From contig CAWDSQ010000024.1 of NCBI GenBank assembly GCA_963804955.1, positions 96,001 through 160,000 of the forward strand: 64,000 nt of DNA, read 5' to 3'. Made by a program: the position numbers and the translations under genes. Source of the DNA: an uncultured delta proteobacterium (GTDB taxonomy: Bacteria > Desulfobacterota > WTBG01 > CAIYCZ01 > CAIRTM01). The notes beneath the pieces are model-generated. The model had not been told where the DNA came from and searched no databases. It worked only from the letters and a program-made list of their open reading frames with translations. Shown piece by piece: positions 63,648-64,000 of this stretch; the stretch's first letter is position 1, and each line of letters begins with the position of its first letter.

Positions 63648-64000
63648 TCCGGACCGGGCCATCGGGCCCACCGATGATGCGCTCTACCAGTCCGAAGCTG
63701 CATATAGCGATGCCGACCTGGGCCGTCTGGCCGGGCTGTCTCCTGAGGAGATCAGGGGCATGCCGGTCACCGAGCGGCGCGTGCGGCTGATGAGCAGCCG
63801 CAAGGCCGCGCTAACCGAGCTGATACAGGCCTATTATGCCGAGCGGGGATGGACTGAAAGCGGCATTCCCCGGCCTGCTGTTCTCAAGGAACTTGGCCTC
63901 TGGGAATTTCTCAGAGAAGACACCCGGATACATATCTCCGCTTTGGCAGGCTGATGTGTACCCTGCGCAGGATAAAAAGAAGATAAAAAGGGAGAGGCTG
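63648..64000 (+). repeat. Direct repeat copy 2 (orphan AOR 3' fragment)
   Basis: 9 substitutions counted over the 307 coding nt against copy 1; similarity runs to the window edge. Confidence 0.95.

Noticed and set aside
60984..63954. AOR 3' repeat as a DGR template/variable repeat pair
   Set aside because: Differences are not adenine-specific (C/G, C/T, G/T and T/G are present) and no reverse transcriptase is in the window.

Overview
Chromosomal window from an anaerobic bacterium; gene content looks Desulfobacterota/deltaproteobacterial (inference). Many genes are broken by single-base indels, mostly in homopolymers, which suggests an unpolished long-read assembly, so split ORFs are merged below. 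Gene order: (1) a histidine kinase, a LysM protein and an excisionase-type HTH; (2) a ~9 kb catabolic cluster of four VAO/PCMH-family FAD oxidoreductases, an amidohydrolase, an SCP2-like domain and a CCG Fe-S protein; (3) a PAS hybrid kinase; (4) gdhA flanked by two NrpR (DUF128) homologues with candidate operators; (5) a DD-carboxypeptidase, yajD, ino1 and an AsmA-like protein; (6) etfB, ferredoxin-fused etfA and a membrane Fe-S oxidoreductase; (7) mscL, trpE-trpG-galE, a cold-shock protein, PBP1B and two paralogous secreted Cys proteins; (8) an MgtE_N-CorA fusion with an MgtL-like leader peptide; (9) an orphan ExbD/ExbD/MotA-like motor operon with a ZorA-like tail, a 26-aa histone-H1-like peptide and msrB; (10) an AOR whose 3' end is duplicated around a 2.3 kb cargo. 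There are three families of MITE-like palindromic elements. No rRNA, tRNA, CRISPR array or transposase was seen. The best candidates for undescribed systems are the asymmetric ion motor, the NrpR pair with variant operators, the Mg transporter with its leader, and the paired flavoprotein cluster.
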